Assembly: GCA_011772425.1 (NCBI GenBank)
Contig: WVZO01000485.1
Coordinates: 40,514 to 104,513 of the forward strand
From: Candidatus Aminicenantes bacterium
GTDB lineage: Bacteria > Acidobacteriota > Aminicenantia > UBA2199
Reading direction: 5' to 3'
DNA: 64,000 nucleotides
The notes beneath the pieces were generated by a model. That model was not told the origin of the DNA, did not search any database, and saw only the letters and a list, made by a program, of their open reading frames with translations. A program made the translations under genes and the position numbers. How positions within the stretch are numbered: position 1 is the first letter of the stretch; each line of letters starts with the position of its first letter. Below, one piece after another: positions 22,401-28,161 of the stretch.

Positions 22401-23330
22401 TCCTTTTTTGATTGTTCCGCGAGAGAGAAATTGGAAAAAGTACCAATTGGAAAGCCAATTGATAACATTCAGTTATTTATTGTTGATAGAGGTCTGGATT
22501 TACAACCGGTGGGTGTCCCGGGAGAATTATGTATATCCGGTGTTGGGGTGGGCAGGGGATATTTAAATAATATCGAACTAACATTGAAAAAGTTTGTAGA
22601 AAGTCCCTTTGAGGCTGGTAAACGAATGTATAAGACAGGGGATTTTGCCAGGTGGCTACCGGATGGTAACATAGAATTCTTAGGCAGATCAGATTTCCAG
22701 GTAAAGATAAGGGGATTCAGGGTTGAGCCGGGTGAAATAGAAAGTCAGCTATTAAAACATGAAAAAATAGAAGGTGCAGTGGTATTAACCAGGGAAGAAA
22801 ATCAAGATAAACACCTCTGCGCTTATATCGTGTCGGAAGAGAATTTGAAAATATCGGATCTGAAAGGGCATTTAACCGGAAATTTACCGGGTTATATGAT
22901 TCCTTCGTTGTTTATTAAAATTGAGAAAATACCTCTAACACCGAACGGGAAAGTAGATAGAAAAGCATTACTTTCATATGACACAAAACTGGGTACGGGT
23001 AAGGAATATATACCTCCCAAAAATAAAACTGAAAAAATAATAGCGGGTATATGGAAAGAAGTACTAAATTTTGATAAAGTTAGTATCTATGATAATATCT
23101 TCGATCTTGGGGGAGACTCGATTAAAATCATTAAAATAAATAGTAAAATAAGACAAATTTTGAAAAAAGATATTCCCATCCTGTCAATGTTTCGATTTCC
23201 AACGATTAAGTCTTTATCCGGCTTCTTGAACATGTATGAGACAGGTGATATTGATAAAACAAAATCTCAAAATCTAAGTGAGGTTGAAGAAACATTGAAA
23301 GAAACGGTACAGTTGTTTGATGGACTTTAG
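10434..23330 (+). CDS. g4 tetramodular NRPS, (C-A-T) x 4
   Basis: 4298-aa ORF. ATG lies 1 nt after the g3 stop, with AAGGAG at 10421-10426. C His motifs: HHAIMDGW 10878-10901, HHAILDGW 14130-14153, HHIITDG 17370-17390, HHIISDG 20520-20540. T serine motifs: GGDS 13491-13502, GGHS 16791-16802, GGHS 19947-19958, GGDS 23109-23120. Four complete A-domain core sets. Ends ..ETLKETVQLFDGL (carrier end, no DF-type tail). Confidence 0.95.
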   Translation: MGIEIDKNNIEDVYSMSDIQKGMVYHSLKDAHAHVYHNQTVYQWKDNEFDSETLKKALMLMVEKHPILRTGFQVFDFEEPIQILFKRISFDIQHNDLSHLDKPEQNEYINKALEDDRQRPFNLSDTGPVWRIKTFTLGNGDICLVWICHHAIMDGWSSASFATELYNTYSMLKIDPNFVPVKLKSTYKDFVIEQDVEKRKTENIEYWRKELQDYKRLDFPGIPTDSIGINRGRYEGRRKYYSKKLGDQLFDELNNTVKKLNTSIKNICFGAYIHMLNMLTYENDLVVGLITHNRPVCKDGDKILGCFLNTVPFRMKIPMNITWSAYMKLIDNKLRELSKYNKFSLLEIVKIIGDESKDKNPILDTIFTFTDFHVYNQLDEGNFNNTSNTLSLDSQARTNTLFDFFVTITSGEFRFAASYTDYIISDKLVADLFVCFENVLNNFISRPGIRIDNKDVMPVEEKQKLLNYFNDTKADYPREKTIHELFERQVEKIPDDKAVLFGKTALTYRELNEESNQLARILKKQGIRAEGIAAMLMERSIEMIIGILAILKAGGAYLPIDPEYPDHRIQFMLEDSGSKTLLTSQKIKLPLFYEGNKIIINDGEIQKAKRREEVSNLANINSPTDLAYIIYTSGTTGHPKGVMIEHRNVVRLMVNDKNVFHLSRFDVWTMFHSYCFDFSVWEMYGALLYGGKLIVIPGMEARDPGKFLKILKQEKVTILNQTPSAFYNLIDEEIKYEQKDLKIRYVIFGGEALKPAKLKPWKLKYPGTQLVNMFGITETTVHVTYKEITDKEIEFDISNIGKPIPTTCCYVLDSHRKLLPVGVAGELCVGGDGVGRGYLKRDELTREKFIKNPFKTGERLYRSGDLVRMLENGEMEYLGRLDHQVQLRGFRIELGEIESRLIKCDEIDEAVVIARENEMGDKYLCAYYASNHELDVKGLREYIAKELPSYMIPSYFVHLEKIPLTPNGKIDRKALPDISGIIVNEFIEPRNELEKELVDIWRKALEIEKVGINSSFFELGGDSIRAIRLISQLNKQLDTDISIADLYTHETIEMLSNKIYQSKNEKADKVREKVLKEIADLKAKVLLAHRDAGNIEDVYPMTAIQQGTVFDYIKGSEFGVYHGQFLYPKVCKDFDPGRFKRALTLVVKRHEILRTGFNVDDFEDPIQIVYKTVPLNFNYTDISHLARKEQEEYVKEEMKADLQRPFNEKISPLWRMHVFIIDQDNVILLFVCHHAILDGWSKASLMVELHNTYLELETNPGFIREELKCTNRDVVIEEIIEKKYQERDINYWKNELEDYQRLDFSIFCSKRRKKGLMKVHYREVLDPDFLKKLENTAQKYNTSLRSLAFGAYVYTLNMMFYENEITAGCVTNNRPLIEDGEKVFGCFLNTIPVRIKIIQGIRWSDYISLVEDKMAEVKGHDRIFLSEIVKVLGETTKDKSPFFDTIFNFVNFYVYGQLKPQEHPVPDSIQQMSIYRESNSTTNTLFDVELSITYGRIRYHARYSSDMEEELAVKFCTFYERVLNKFINEPERMIKKDEIITDEERQRLLYDFNDTKKDIVRDRCYNHIFEENTAKFQNKIAVVHNGSQRTYKELNESANRIAHYLITQGIEANDIVGIFMKRGINMLASIIGVFKAGAAYLPLEVNYPQERIKNILEDSNTKLLITEMDNLEIFDKIQKSLPCLKEVLCLENSETADSLLSGYPAINPGINSNTGFLAYMIYTSGTMGKPKGVMIHQLGMINHLYAKISDLSITERDIVAQTASACFDISIWQFLGVLLVGGKVCVIDREIVLNPQKLLEELQAEKVTIFESVPSLMKIFLEMVKQEENRGLNDLRWMIPTGESLGVSLVREWYERYPVIKLMNAYGPTECSDDVTHYVINELPSEEQITIPIGKPLQNLHVHILDKNLSLCPIGVQGEICVAGIGVGRGYKDPAATERYFVPNPYFEEYKDSDYATLYRTGDIGYYREDGLVECLGRLDYQVKIRGNRIELGEIERVLLGHNEVKEAVVLVRENESGNKYICAYIIGSCDIEQFNLKNYLKQELPDYMIPEYVVQLEKIPLTPNGKIDRKALPEPEFRTSEEYIGPRNLTEMRLVEIWADILNVNKDKISIDADFFEMGGHSLRATILVNRIHKVFNVEIPIREIFTHQTVSEMGELIDNSEKSIHSAIRNVEKREYYPVSPAQKRLLILNILEQASTNYNISGAVIIEGDLDYNCLENVFKTLISRHEAFRTSFFFRNEEPVQQIHDDVPFSIEYIKKDTEEGERRQETGKQTQHRIKEFIRPFALDKASLLRIGLIEIEKNRHILIFDMHHIITDGTSYALLVHEFIDLYCGKELPWSKIEYKDFSVWQNELLKKGIIEKQKEYWLNIFKGDIPVLELPVDYPRPAVQSYEGATYRFEIGEDETAGLYKAALEENVTLFIVLLAAYNILLSKLSNEEDIIIGTPIAGRRHADLNSVIGMFVNTLALRNFPSGDKSFRDFLKEVRESTITAFDHQDYQFEDLIEQVMVTRDTGRSPLFDVMFVLQNMDFKEETISGLIFKSYEFESVTSRFDLLWIVMESENKLFILVEYCTRLFKRITIERFSRYLKNIISYIIEDSARKLSEIDIITEEEKMQLLCEFNDTRADYPVDKTIHELFEKQAKKTPDKIALSFTDRQISYENLNSNSNKLASRLRRRGIKQDTIVGLMVKRRLEVIVGILGILKAGGAYLPVDPEFPDERKKYILENSNVFMLLINYELAPVSIPDNIEIIDIRDVILYPVEGDLGNLPYENSIESLLYLIYTSGSTGKPKGAMLEHKNLVNLIQFQYHHTGIDFSIVLQFASISFDVSFQEIFSTLLYGGKLILINEDTRKNVPELFNCVEINDIKTLFLPTSFLKFLINESNYIDILPENLKHIVTAGEQLIITERFKDYLKTNNVYLYNHYGPSETHVVTALTLSPGEEIPEIPSIGKPVKNTKIYILDKEKKLQPLGVIGEIYIGGDQVGRGYFGKSELTAKRFIPDPFAPGKKIYKTGDIGKWLPDGNIEFLGRNDFQVKVRGYRIELGEIENQLINHSEINQAVVIVKEGDNHNRYLCAYYVSSTDLAISEIRSYLSSKLPDYMLPYYFVPIERLPLTPSKKVDRKALPEPEFKAGTKYIKPRNQTEMKLVEIWSDILNIEKTEISIDANFFELGGHSLKATILVARIHQKFDVEIPMMDIFSHQTVREQGELIHNSKKSIYSLIKNVEKREYYPVSPAQKRLVFLNLLDQEATNYNMPRAVMIEGDLDNEHMEKVFKALLWRHEVFRTSFKLVDDEPVQYIRDNVHFSIDYKEINTPGNEQEADNQVGDLIKEFITPFDLSKAPLLRASLLPIEEDRHLLICDMHHIISDGTSIAIFIGEFIDLYNGKQLDLLKVQYKDFSTWQNELLNRGTVEKQKEYWLNIFKGVIPVLELPLDYPRPLLQSNEGMIYTFEIGKEETAGLKRIALQEGITLFIVLLAAYNILFSKLSNQEDIIIGTPIAGRKHADLESLIGMFVNTAALRNYPARDKSFKDFLEEVKENTIAAFDNQEYQFEDLIENVNVNRDMGRNPIFDVMVVLQNTDFSKKSIPGLTFKPYEFENSTSKFDLLWEGIETENNLFISIQYCTKLFKRSTIERFSRYLKNIVSSIIENSVKKLAKVEIITEEEKREILCDFNDTQAEYPENKPLHELFEEQTGKTPGNIAVTFNDEQLTYKELNNRSDQLAHLMRKRGIKADEIIGIMMKRSLEMMIGIFSVLKAGGAYMPIDPGYPQERIKYILEDSGTKLVLTRKQSKEKVLDTCESVDLKNLDLIAYKLGNLENKNTKAAENLAYVIYTSGSTGNPKGVLIDHYSVVNRLNWMQKQFPIDDRDTLLQKTSFTFDVSVWEIFWWALVGAKVCMLIPGGEKDPARIADTIARKKVSIIHFVPSMLTPFMEFIKETGKTKSISSLRQVIASGEALTLAQVTRLNELLYNQNSTKLANLYGPTEAAVDVSFFDCSAREKLEKVPIGKPIDNIQLFIVDRGLDLQPVGVPGELCISGVGVGRGYLNNIELTLKKFVESPFEAGKRMYKTGDFARWLPDGNIEFLGRSDFQVKIRGFRVEPGEIESQLLKHEKIEGAVVLTREENQDKHLCAYIVSEENLKISDLKGHLTGNLPGYMIPSLFIKIEKIPLTPNGKVDRKALLSYDTKLGTGKEYIPPKNKTEKIIAGIWKEVLNFDKVSIYDNIFDLGGDSIKIIKINSKIRQILKKDIPILSMFRFPTIKSLSGFLNMYETGDIDKTKSQNLSEVEETLKETVQLFDGL
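11840..13370 (+). other. g4 A1; code DFWNIGMVHK (Thr signature)
   Basis: FDFSVWE.., ..VTILNQTPS.., ..VIFGGE.., NMFGITETTVHVT, NGK. Confidence 0.7.
15080..16660 (+). other. g4 A2; code DIWEITADDK (acidic pocket, so a cationic side chain such as Dab/Orn/Lys is likely)
   Basis: FDISIWQ.., ..VTIFESVPS.., ..MIPTGE.., NAYGPTECSDDVT, NGK. Confidence 0.5.
16650..18310 (+). repeat. T-C didomain unit, copy 1 of an intragenic duplication in g4
   Basis: LPEPEF..EMRLVEIWADILN..GGHSLRATIL..EKREYYPVSPAQKRL..MHHIITDG..EKQKEYWLNIFKG..IITEEEK, paralogous to 19806-21465. Confidence 0.8.
18300..19810 (+). other. g4 A3; code DVQFVAHVVK (Pro-type signature)
   Basis: FDVSFQE.., ..IKTLFLPTS.., ..IVTAGE.., NHYGPSETHVVTA, KKVD. 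Confidence 0.65.
19806..21465 (+). repeat. T-C didomain unit, copy 2 of the intragenic duplication in g4
   Basis: LPEPEF..EMKLVEIWSDILN..GGHSLKATIL..EKREYYPVSPAQKRL..MHHIISDG..EKQKEYWLNIFKG..IITEEEK. In the stretch LFIVLLAAYNIL..ALRN.P, 46 of 53 residues are identical between the copies. Confidence 0.8.
21460..22980 (+). other. g4 A4; code DVWHISLVDK (Ser-type, EntF-like)
   Basis: NRLNWMQ.., FDVSVWEIFWW.., ..VSIIHFVPS.., ..VIASGE.., NLYGPTEAAVDVS, NGK. Confidence 0.65.
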
Positions 23331-23359
23331 AAATTTCGAATAAGGAAAAAATAGCCTCA

Positions 23360-26300
23360 ATGGAATTAGAACAGAAACGCACAGGTTTTGAAATTGCGGT
23401 CATTGGTATGTCCGGGAGATTCCCAGGGGCCAGAGACATTCATGAATTCTGGAACAATCTAAAAAATGGAGTAGAATCTATTTCATTCCTTTCTGATGAA
23501 GATGTTAAAAAATATGGAATTAATCCCGACGTATTAAAGAATCCCAATTATGTCAGGGCTGGGGGAGGTGTACTTGAAGACAGGGAATATTTTGATGCAT
23601 CTTTCTTTGGTTACACTCCCAGGCAAGCTGAAATAATGGATCCACAACTGAGAATATTTCAGGAAAGTTCATGGAGTGCGCTTGAAGATGCGGGGTATAA
23701 TGCCGAATCATATGAAGGATTAATAGGGATTTATGCCGGGGCTTCTTTGAATTTTCATTGGAATGCCCTTATTACATTAACGGGAAAAAGCAGTGATTTA
23801 GGGCAATTTTCGACATCGCAATTAATTAATAAAGACTATTTAGCGGCCAGGATATCCTACAGCCTCAATTTAAAAGGGCCAGCTGTGGTGGTACAAAGTG
23901 CATGCTCTACATCTCTTGTGGCGATTCACCTGGCATGTCGGGCGTTATTAACCGCAGAGTGCGATATCGCTCTGGCAGGCGGAATTTCGTTGATGGCTCC
24001 CCAGCAAAGAATTGGTTATATTTACCAGGAAGGAATGATCAATTCACCTGATGGTCATTGCCGGGCATTTGATGCAAAGGCCATGGGAACGATTGGGGGA
24101 GAAGGTGTGGGGGTGGTGGTTTTGAAACGCTTAAAACATGCTGCTGCAGATGGAGATAATATATATGCTATTGTGGTGGGGTCTGCCATTAATAATGACG
24201 GAAAGAGAAAAGTAGGGTTTTCTGCTCCCAGTATCGAAGCCCAGGCAGCGGTGATAAAAAGAGCGTTACATATGGCTCAAATAGAACCTGAGAGTATTAC
24301 GTATATTGAAAGCCATGGAACCGGGACACCTCTTGGTGATCCAATTGAAATTGAGGCTTTGAAAGAGGCGTTCAATACAAATAAAAAAAGATTCTGCGGT
24401 ATAGGATCGATTAAATCCAATATCGGGCACCTGGATACTGCAGCGGGAGTTGCCAGCTTCATAAAGACAGTATTATCCTTAAAACATCGGTTGATTCCAC
24501 CAGGCATAAATTTTGAAACCCCAAATCCTGAAATCGATTTTGAAAACAGCCCGTTTTATGTGAATACCAGGCTAAGAGAATGGAAAAATGATGAATTCCC
24601 GTTAAGAGCCGGAGTTAGTTCGTTTGGAATTGGAGGCACTAATGCACATGCTATTCTTGAAGAAGCACCGGTGAAAGAAGAAGCCGGTGAAATACGCCCT
24701 CTGAAATTGATCCCCCTTTCTGCCAGAACAAAAACCGCACTGGAAGGGATGTCGGGAAATTTACTAAAATTTCTAAAAGAGAAAAGTAAAATAAATTTAG
24801 CAGATGCGGCCTATACCCTTCAAATAGGCAGAAGCGAGTTTCAACACAGGAGATTTTTTCTATGTTCCGATATTCATGACGCTGTTGAAACTTTAGAAAC
24901 TTTATCGCTTCAAGGGACCAGGAAAATACATACATCTTTTGTAAAAGAAGGAGATAGACCTATAACATTTATGTTTCCCGGCCTGGGAGCCCAATATGAA
25001 AATATGGGACTGGGCTTGTATGAAACCGAACCGTTATTTCGCAGTGAGCTGGATCGTTGTTTTGAAATTATAAATTCTATATCAGGCTGTAATATAAAAG
25101 ATATATTATTTCCTGCAAATGATCTTATCGATAAAGCAAAAGTTAAAATCAATCAAATAGACAATGCACAATTAGTCATATTTATATTTGAATATTCTCT
25201 TGCCAGGTTATTGATCAATTGGGGGATAAAACCTGATGCATTGATCGGTTATAGTTTTGGGGAATATATTGCTGCCTGTATATCCGGTGTATTCTCTTTG
25301 AAAGATGCGTTAAACCTTCTAATATTAAGAGGAAAATTGATAAAGGAAACAGCGCCTGGAGCAATGTTAAGTGTTCCCCTGCCCAAAGTAGACCTGGAAC
25401 CCTTATTGAATGACGGATTATCAATAGCTATAGATAATGGTGCCTCGTGTATTGTTGCCGGTTCCAAAGGAAGGATCGATGCATTTGAGAACCGGATGAA
25501 AGAAAGACGATTAATGTGTATTCGTTTACAGGCTTCGCATGCTATTCATTCAAATTTAATGAAGCCGATTTTAAACAAGTTCGAAGCAGGAATCAGGCAG
25601 ATATCTTTGAGAAATCCTCAAATTCCATATATATCTAATGTAACAGGAACATGGATAACAGACCGGGAAGCGCAAGACCCCCATTATTGGGCAAAACATA
25701 TGCTTGAGACAGTACGATTTGCGGATGGTATTAAAGAACTTTTAAGCGAGTCCGGTTCAATATTTGTTGAAATTGGGCCGGGGAACGATCTAAAAACACT
25801 AGCCAACCATCACCTGACCAATGATTCTGACCACCTGGTAATTAATACCGTTAAACTTGCAGCAGAAATAATACCGGATGAGCGTTACCTGTTAAATAAA
25901 GTGGGGCGGCTATGGTTGGCCGGGGTGAAAATAGATTGGCAGGCATTTCATCGTGGGGGAAAAAGATGCCGGATACCATTACCTACCTACCCCTTTGAAG
26001 GGTTACCCTATTGGATAGAGGGAGATCCATTCAAAGAGGGAATTGATGGACTAACTGGAAAAAATATGGGGAAAAAATCGGATATTACAGACTGGTTCTA
26101 TATTCCCTCTTGGAAATACTCCCCATTGGTTGTTACCTATAATAATAAGATCTCAAAGAAATCAGGTTGGCTTATATTGATGGAGGAAACCAGATTGGGA
26201 ACCCAACTGGTAAAACGTTTAAAGGATGTGGGGCAGGACTTTACTGTTGTGAGAGCAGGGGAACGTTTTGCTAAAGTAAGCGATCAAGAATATACAATAA

Positions 26301-28072
26301 ATCCGGGGGAGAATAACGATTATAATACCTTGCTGTCGGAATTAAGCCGGATAAAAAAAGTACCGAATAAAATCATTCACTTATGGGGTGTTACTGTATG
26401 CGAAGGTGAAAGCAGTGATGAGGCTTTAAAACTAAAATATGTTGATAATGTCCAGGCTTCAGGATTTTACAGTTTAATATATTTAGCCCAGGCAATTGGT
26501 AAGTTTAATTATAAGGATCAAATACAAATTGCTGTTATTACCAGTAACATGCAAAGAGTAAGGGGGGATGAAGTGATATCCCCTGGGAAGGCAACTATTC
26601 TCGGGGCTATAAAGGTTATACCCCAGGAATATTATAATATCAGTTCCTGCAGCATAGATATTACTCTTTCAAAAGAGGAAGATCAACATTATGAAAACCT
26701 GGTGGATCAATTGTTGATAGAATTTTCAAAGGATTTTTCCGATGCTGTTATTGCTTATCGTAATAACTCTCGGTGGCTGCAAATTACTGAACCGGTGAAA
26801 TTGGAGAAATCAAGAGAAATACCATTGCGATTAAAAAAGGGAGGTGTTTACCTGATTACAGGTGGGTTAGGTGGGATAGGATATACGATAGCCGAGCATC
26901 TGGCAAAAAGTGTTCAGGCCAAACTGGTTCTAACCGGGCGTTCTGTTTTACCTTCCAGGGAAGACTGGAAGCAGTGGACAGCAGCAGATTATATAGATGA
27001 TAGAATCGCCCGGAAAATAAAGAGAATATTATCTCTTGAAGAATTAAATTCAGAGGTTTTGGTTAGTAGTGCTGATGTTTGCAATCACCAGGAAATGCAG
27101 GAAGTAATCAGGATGGCTGAAAAACGATTTGGTCATATAAATGGGGTAATTCACTCAGCTGGGGTGCCGGATGGTGGTGTTATTCCATTGAGAACACGGG
27201 AAGCAACAGATAAGGTATTGGCTCCAAAAGTAACGGGCACATTGATCCTTGACGATGTTTTGAAAAACACAGAGCTTGATTTCTTTATTATATGTTCATC
27301 ACTTGCTTCAATCACAGGTGGATTGGGCCAGGTGGGCTATAGTGCTGCGAATGCTTTTCAAGATGCTTATGCTCATTATATGTTTACCAGGAATGGTAAC
27401 CTTGTTGTGTCTATAAACTGGGACACCTGGGGGGAAGTTGGCTTTGGATTAGAATCTGTGAAACAATTGGTTGAAAATGGTGATATCACTTATTCCGAAG
27501 CGGAATCCCTACTGGGACATGCTATTTTGTCTTCTGAGGGTATAGATATCTTAGACCGTATAATGGAATATTCGTTTCCTCAAGTAATCATATCAACCAG
27601 GGATTTAGAGTATGTAAATACAAATGTAAATCAAAATACAGGTGCACATCAGGAGGACCGGGAACTGCCTATCCCGGGACAAGAGTCGGAGATGAAACCC
27701 CAGCTGCATCCCGGTAAGCTGTATCGACGGCCTGAGTTGAGTACAGAATATGCCCCACCCAACACGGAGTTCGAGATAACATGTGCCAACATTCTACAAC
27801 AATACTTCGGGTTTGAAAAAATGGGCATCCATGACAACCTTTTCGAGTTTGGAGTGACTTCTCTTGAGATGATCCACATTAATGACAGATTGAAGAGAGA
27901 ATTAAAGAAAGATATTCCTCTTGTTATCATGTTTGAGTTTCCAACCATTCGTTCCCTCGAGCAATATTTAAACCAGGAGGAAAAAGGTGAGAGTTTGGAC
28001 GAATACGATCAGCCGGACAGGGCTGAAGAGATAATGCTTGAGACGATAAGTATATTGAATGTGGACGATTAA
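23360..28072 (+). CDS. g5 type I PKS module, KS / AT / KR / ACP
   Basis: 1570-aa ORF. KS: SACSTS with the Cys codon at 23903-23905, HGTGTPLGD, NIGHLDTAAG. AT: FPGLGAQYENMG, GYSFGE at 25247-25264, ASHAIHS. KR: TGGLGGIG at 26858-26881 and ..GQVGYSAANAF. ACP: GVTSLE at 27851-27868. No DH or ER motifs seen. Confidence 0.95.
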   Translation: MELEQKRTGFEIAVIGMSGRFPGARDIHEFWNNLKNGVESISFLSDEDVKKYGINPDVLKNPNYVRAGGGVLEDREYFDASFFGYTPRQAEIMDPQLRIFQESSWSALEDAGYNAESYEGLIGIYAGASLNFHWNALITLTGKSSDLGQFSTSQLINKDYLAARISYSLNLKGPAVVVQSACSTSLVAIHLACRALLTAECDIALAGGISLMAPQQRIGYIYQEGMINSPDGHCRAFDAKAMGTIGGEGVGVVVLKRLKHAAADGDNIYAIVVGSAINNDGKRKVGFSAPSIEAQAAVIKRALHMAQIEPESITYIESHGTGTPLGDPIEIEALKEAFNTNKKRFCGIGSIKSNIGHLDTAAGVASFIKTVLSLKHRLIPPGINFETPNPEIDFENSPFYVNTRLREWKNDEFPLRAGVSSFGIGGTNAHAILEEAPVKEEAGEIRPLKLIPLSARTKTALEGMSGNLLKFLKEKSKINLADAAYTLQIGRSEFQHRRFFLCSDIHDAVETLETLSLQGTRKIHTSFVKEGDRPITFMFPGLGAQYENMGLGLYETEPLFRSELDRCFEIINSISGCNIKDILFPANDLIDKAKVKINQIDNAQLVIFIFEYSLARLLINWGIKPDALIGYSFGEYIAACISGVFSLKDALNLLILRGKLIKETAPGAMLSVPLPKVDLEPLLNDGLSIAIDNGASCIVAGSKGRIDAFENRMKERRLMCIRLQASHAIHSNLMKPILNKFEAGIRQISLRNPQIPYISNVTGTWITDREAQDPHYWAKHMLETVRFADGIKELLSESGSIFVEIGPGNDLKTLANHHLTNDSDHLVINTVKLAAEIIPDERYLLNKVGRLWLAGVKIDWQAFHRGGKRCRIPLPTYPFEGLPYWIEGDPFKEGIDGLTGKNMGKKSDITDWFYIPSWKYSPLVVTYNNKISKKSGWLILMEETRLGTQLVKRLKDVGQDFTVVRAGERFAKVSDQEYTINPGENNDYNTLLSELSRIKKVPNKIIHLWGVTVCEGESSDEALKLKYVDNVQASGFYSLIYLAQAIGKFNYKDQIQIAVITSNMQRVRGDEVISPGKATILGAIKVIPQEYYNISSCSIDITLSKEEDQHYENLVDQLLIEFSKDFSDAVIAYRNNSRWLQITEPVKLEKSREIPLRLKKGGVYLITGGLGGIGYTIAEHLAKSVQAKLVLTGRSVLPSREDWKQWTAADYIDDRIARKIKRILSLEELNSEVLVSSADVCNHQEMQEVIRMAEKRFGHINGVIHSAGVPDGGVIPLRTREATDKVLAPKVTGTLILDDVLKNTELDFFIICSSLASITGGLGQVGYSAANAFQDAYAHYMFTRNGNLVVSINWDTWGEVGFGLESVKQLVENGDITYSEAESLLGHAILSSEGIDILDRIMEYSFPQVIISTRDLEYVNTNVNQNTGAHQEDRELPIPGQESEMKPQLHPGKLYRRPELSTEYAPPNTEFEITCANILQQYFGFEKMGIHDNLFEFGVTSLEMIHINDRLKRELKKDIPLVIMFEFPTIRSLEQYLNQEEKGESLDEYDQPDRAEEIMLETISILNVDD

Positions 28073-28143
28073 AACGTACAAAAAGGTTTTAATAGAAAAA
28101 CTTCGGGTCTTTGTGATTTGGTATTTGGCAGCTAAAGAATAAA

Positions 28144-28156
28144 AAGGAGTTAAGGA
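28144..28156 (+). promoter_or_regulatory. Shine-Dalgarno region of g6
   Basis: AAGGAGttAAGGA upstream of ATG 28162. Confidence 0.65.
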
Positions 28157-28161
28157 TTATC

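Noticed and set aside
28105-28140. Promoter-like TTGTGA ... TAAAGA elements upstream of g6
   Set aside because: The match to -35/-10 consensus is weak and there is no independent support. An 89-nt gap inside a co-directional cluster does not by itself imply a promoter.
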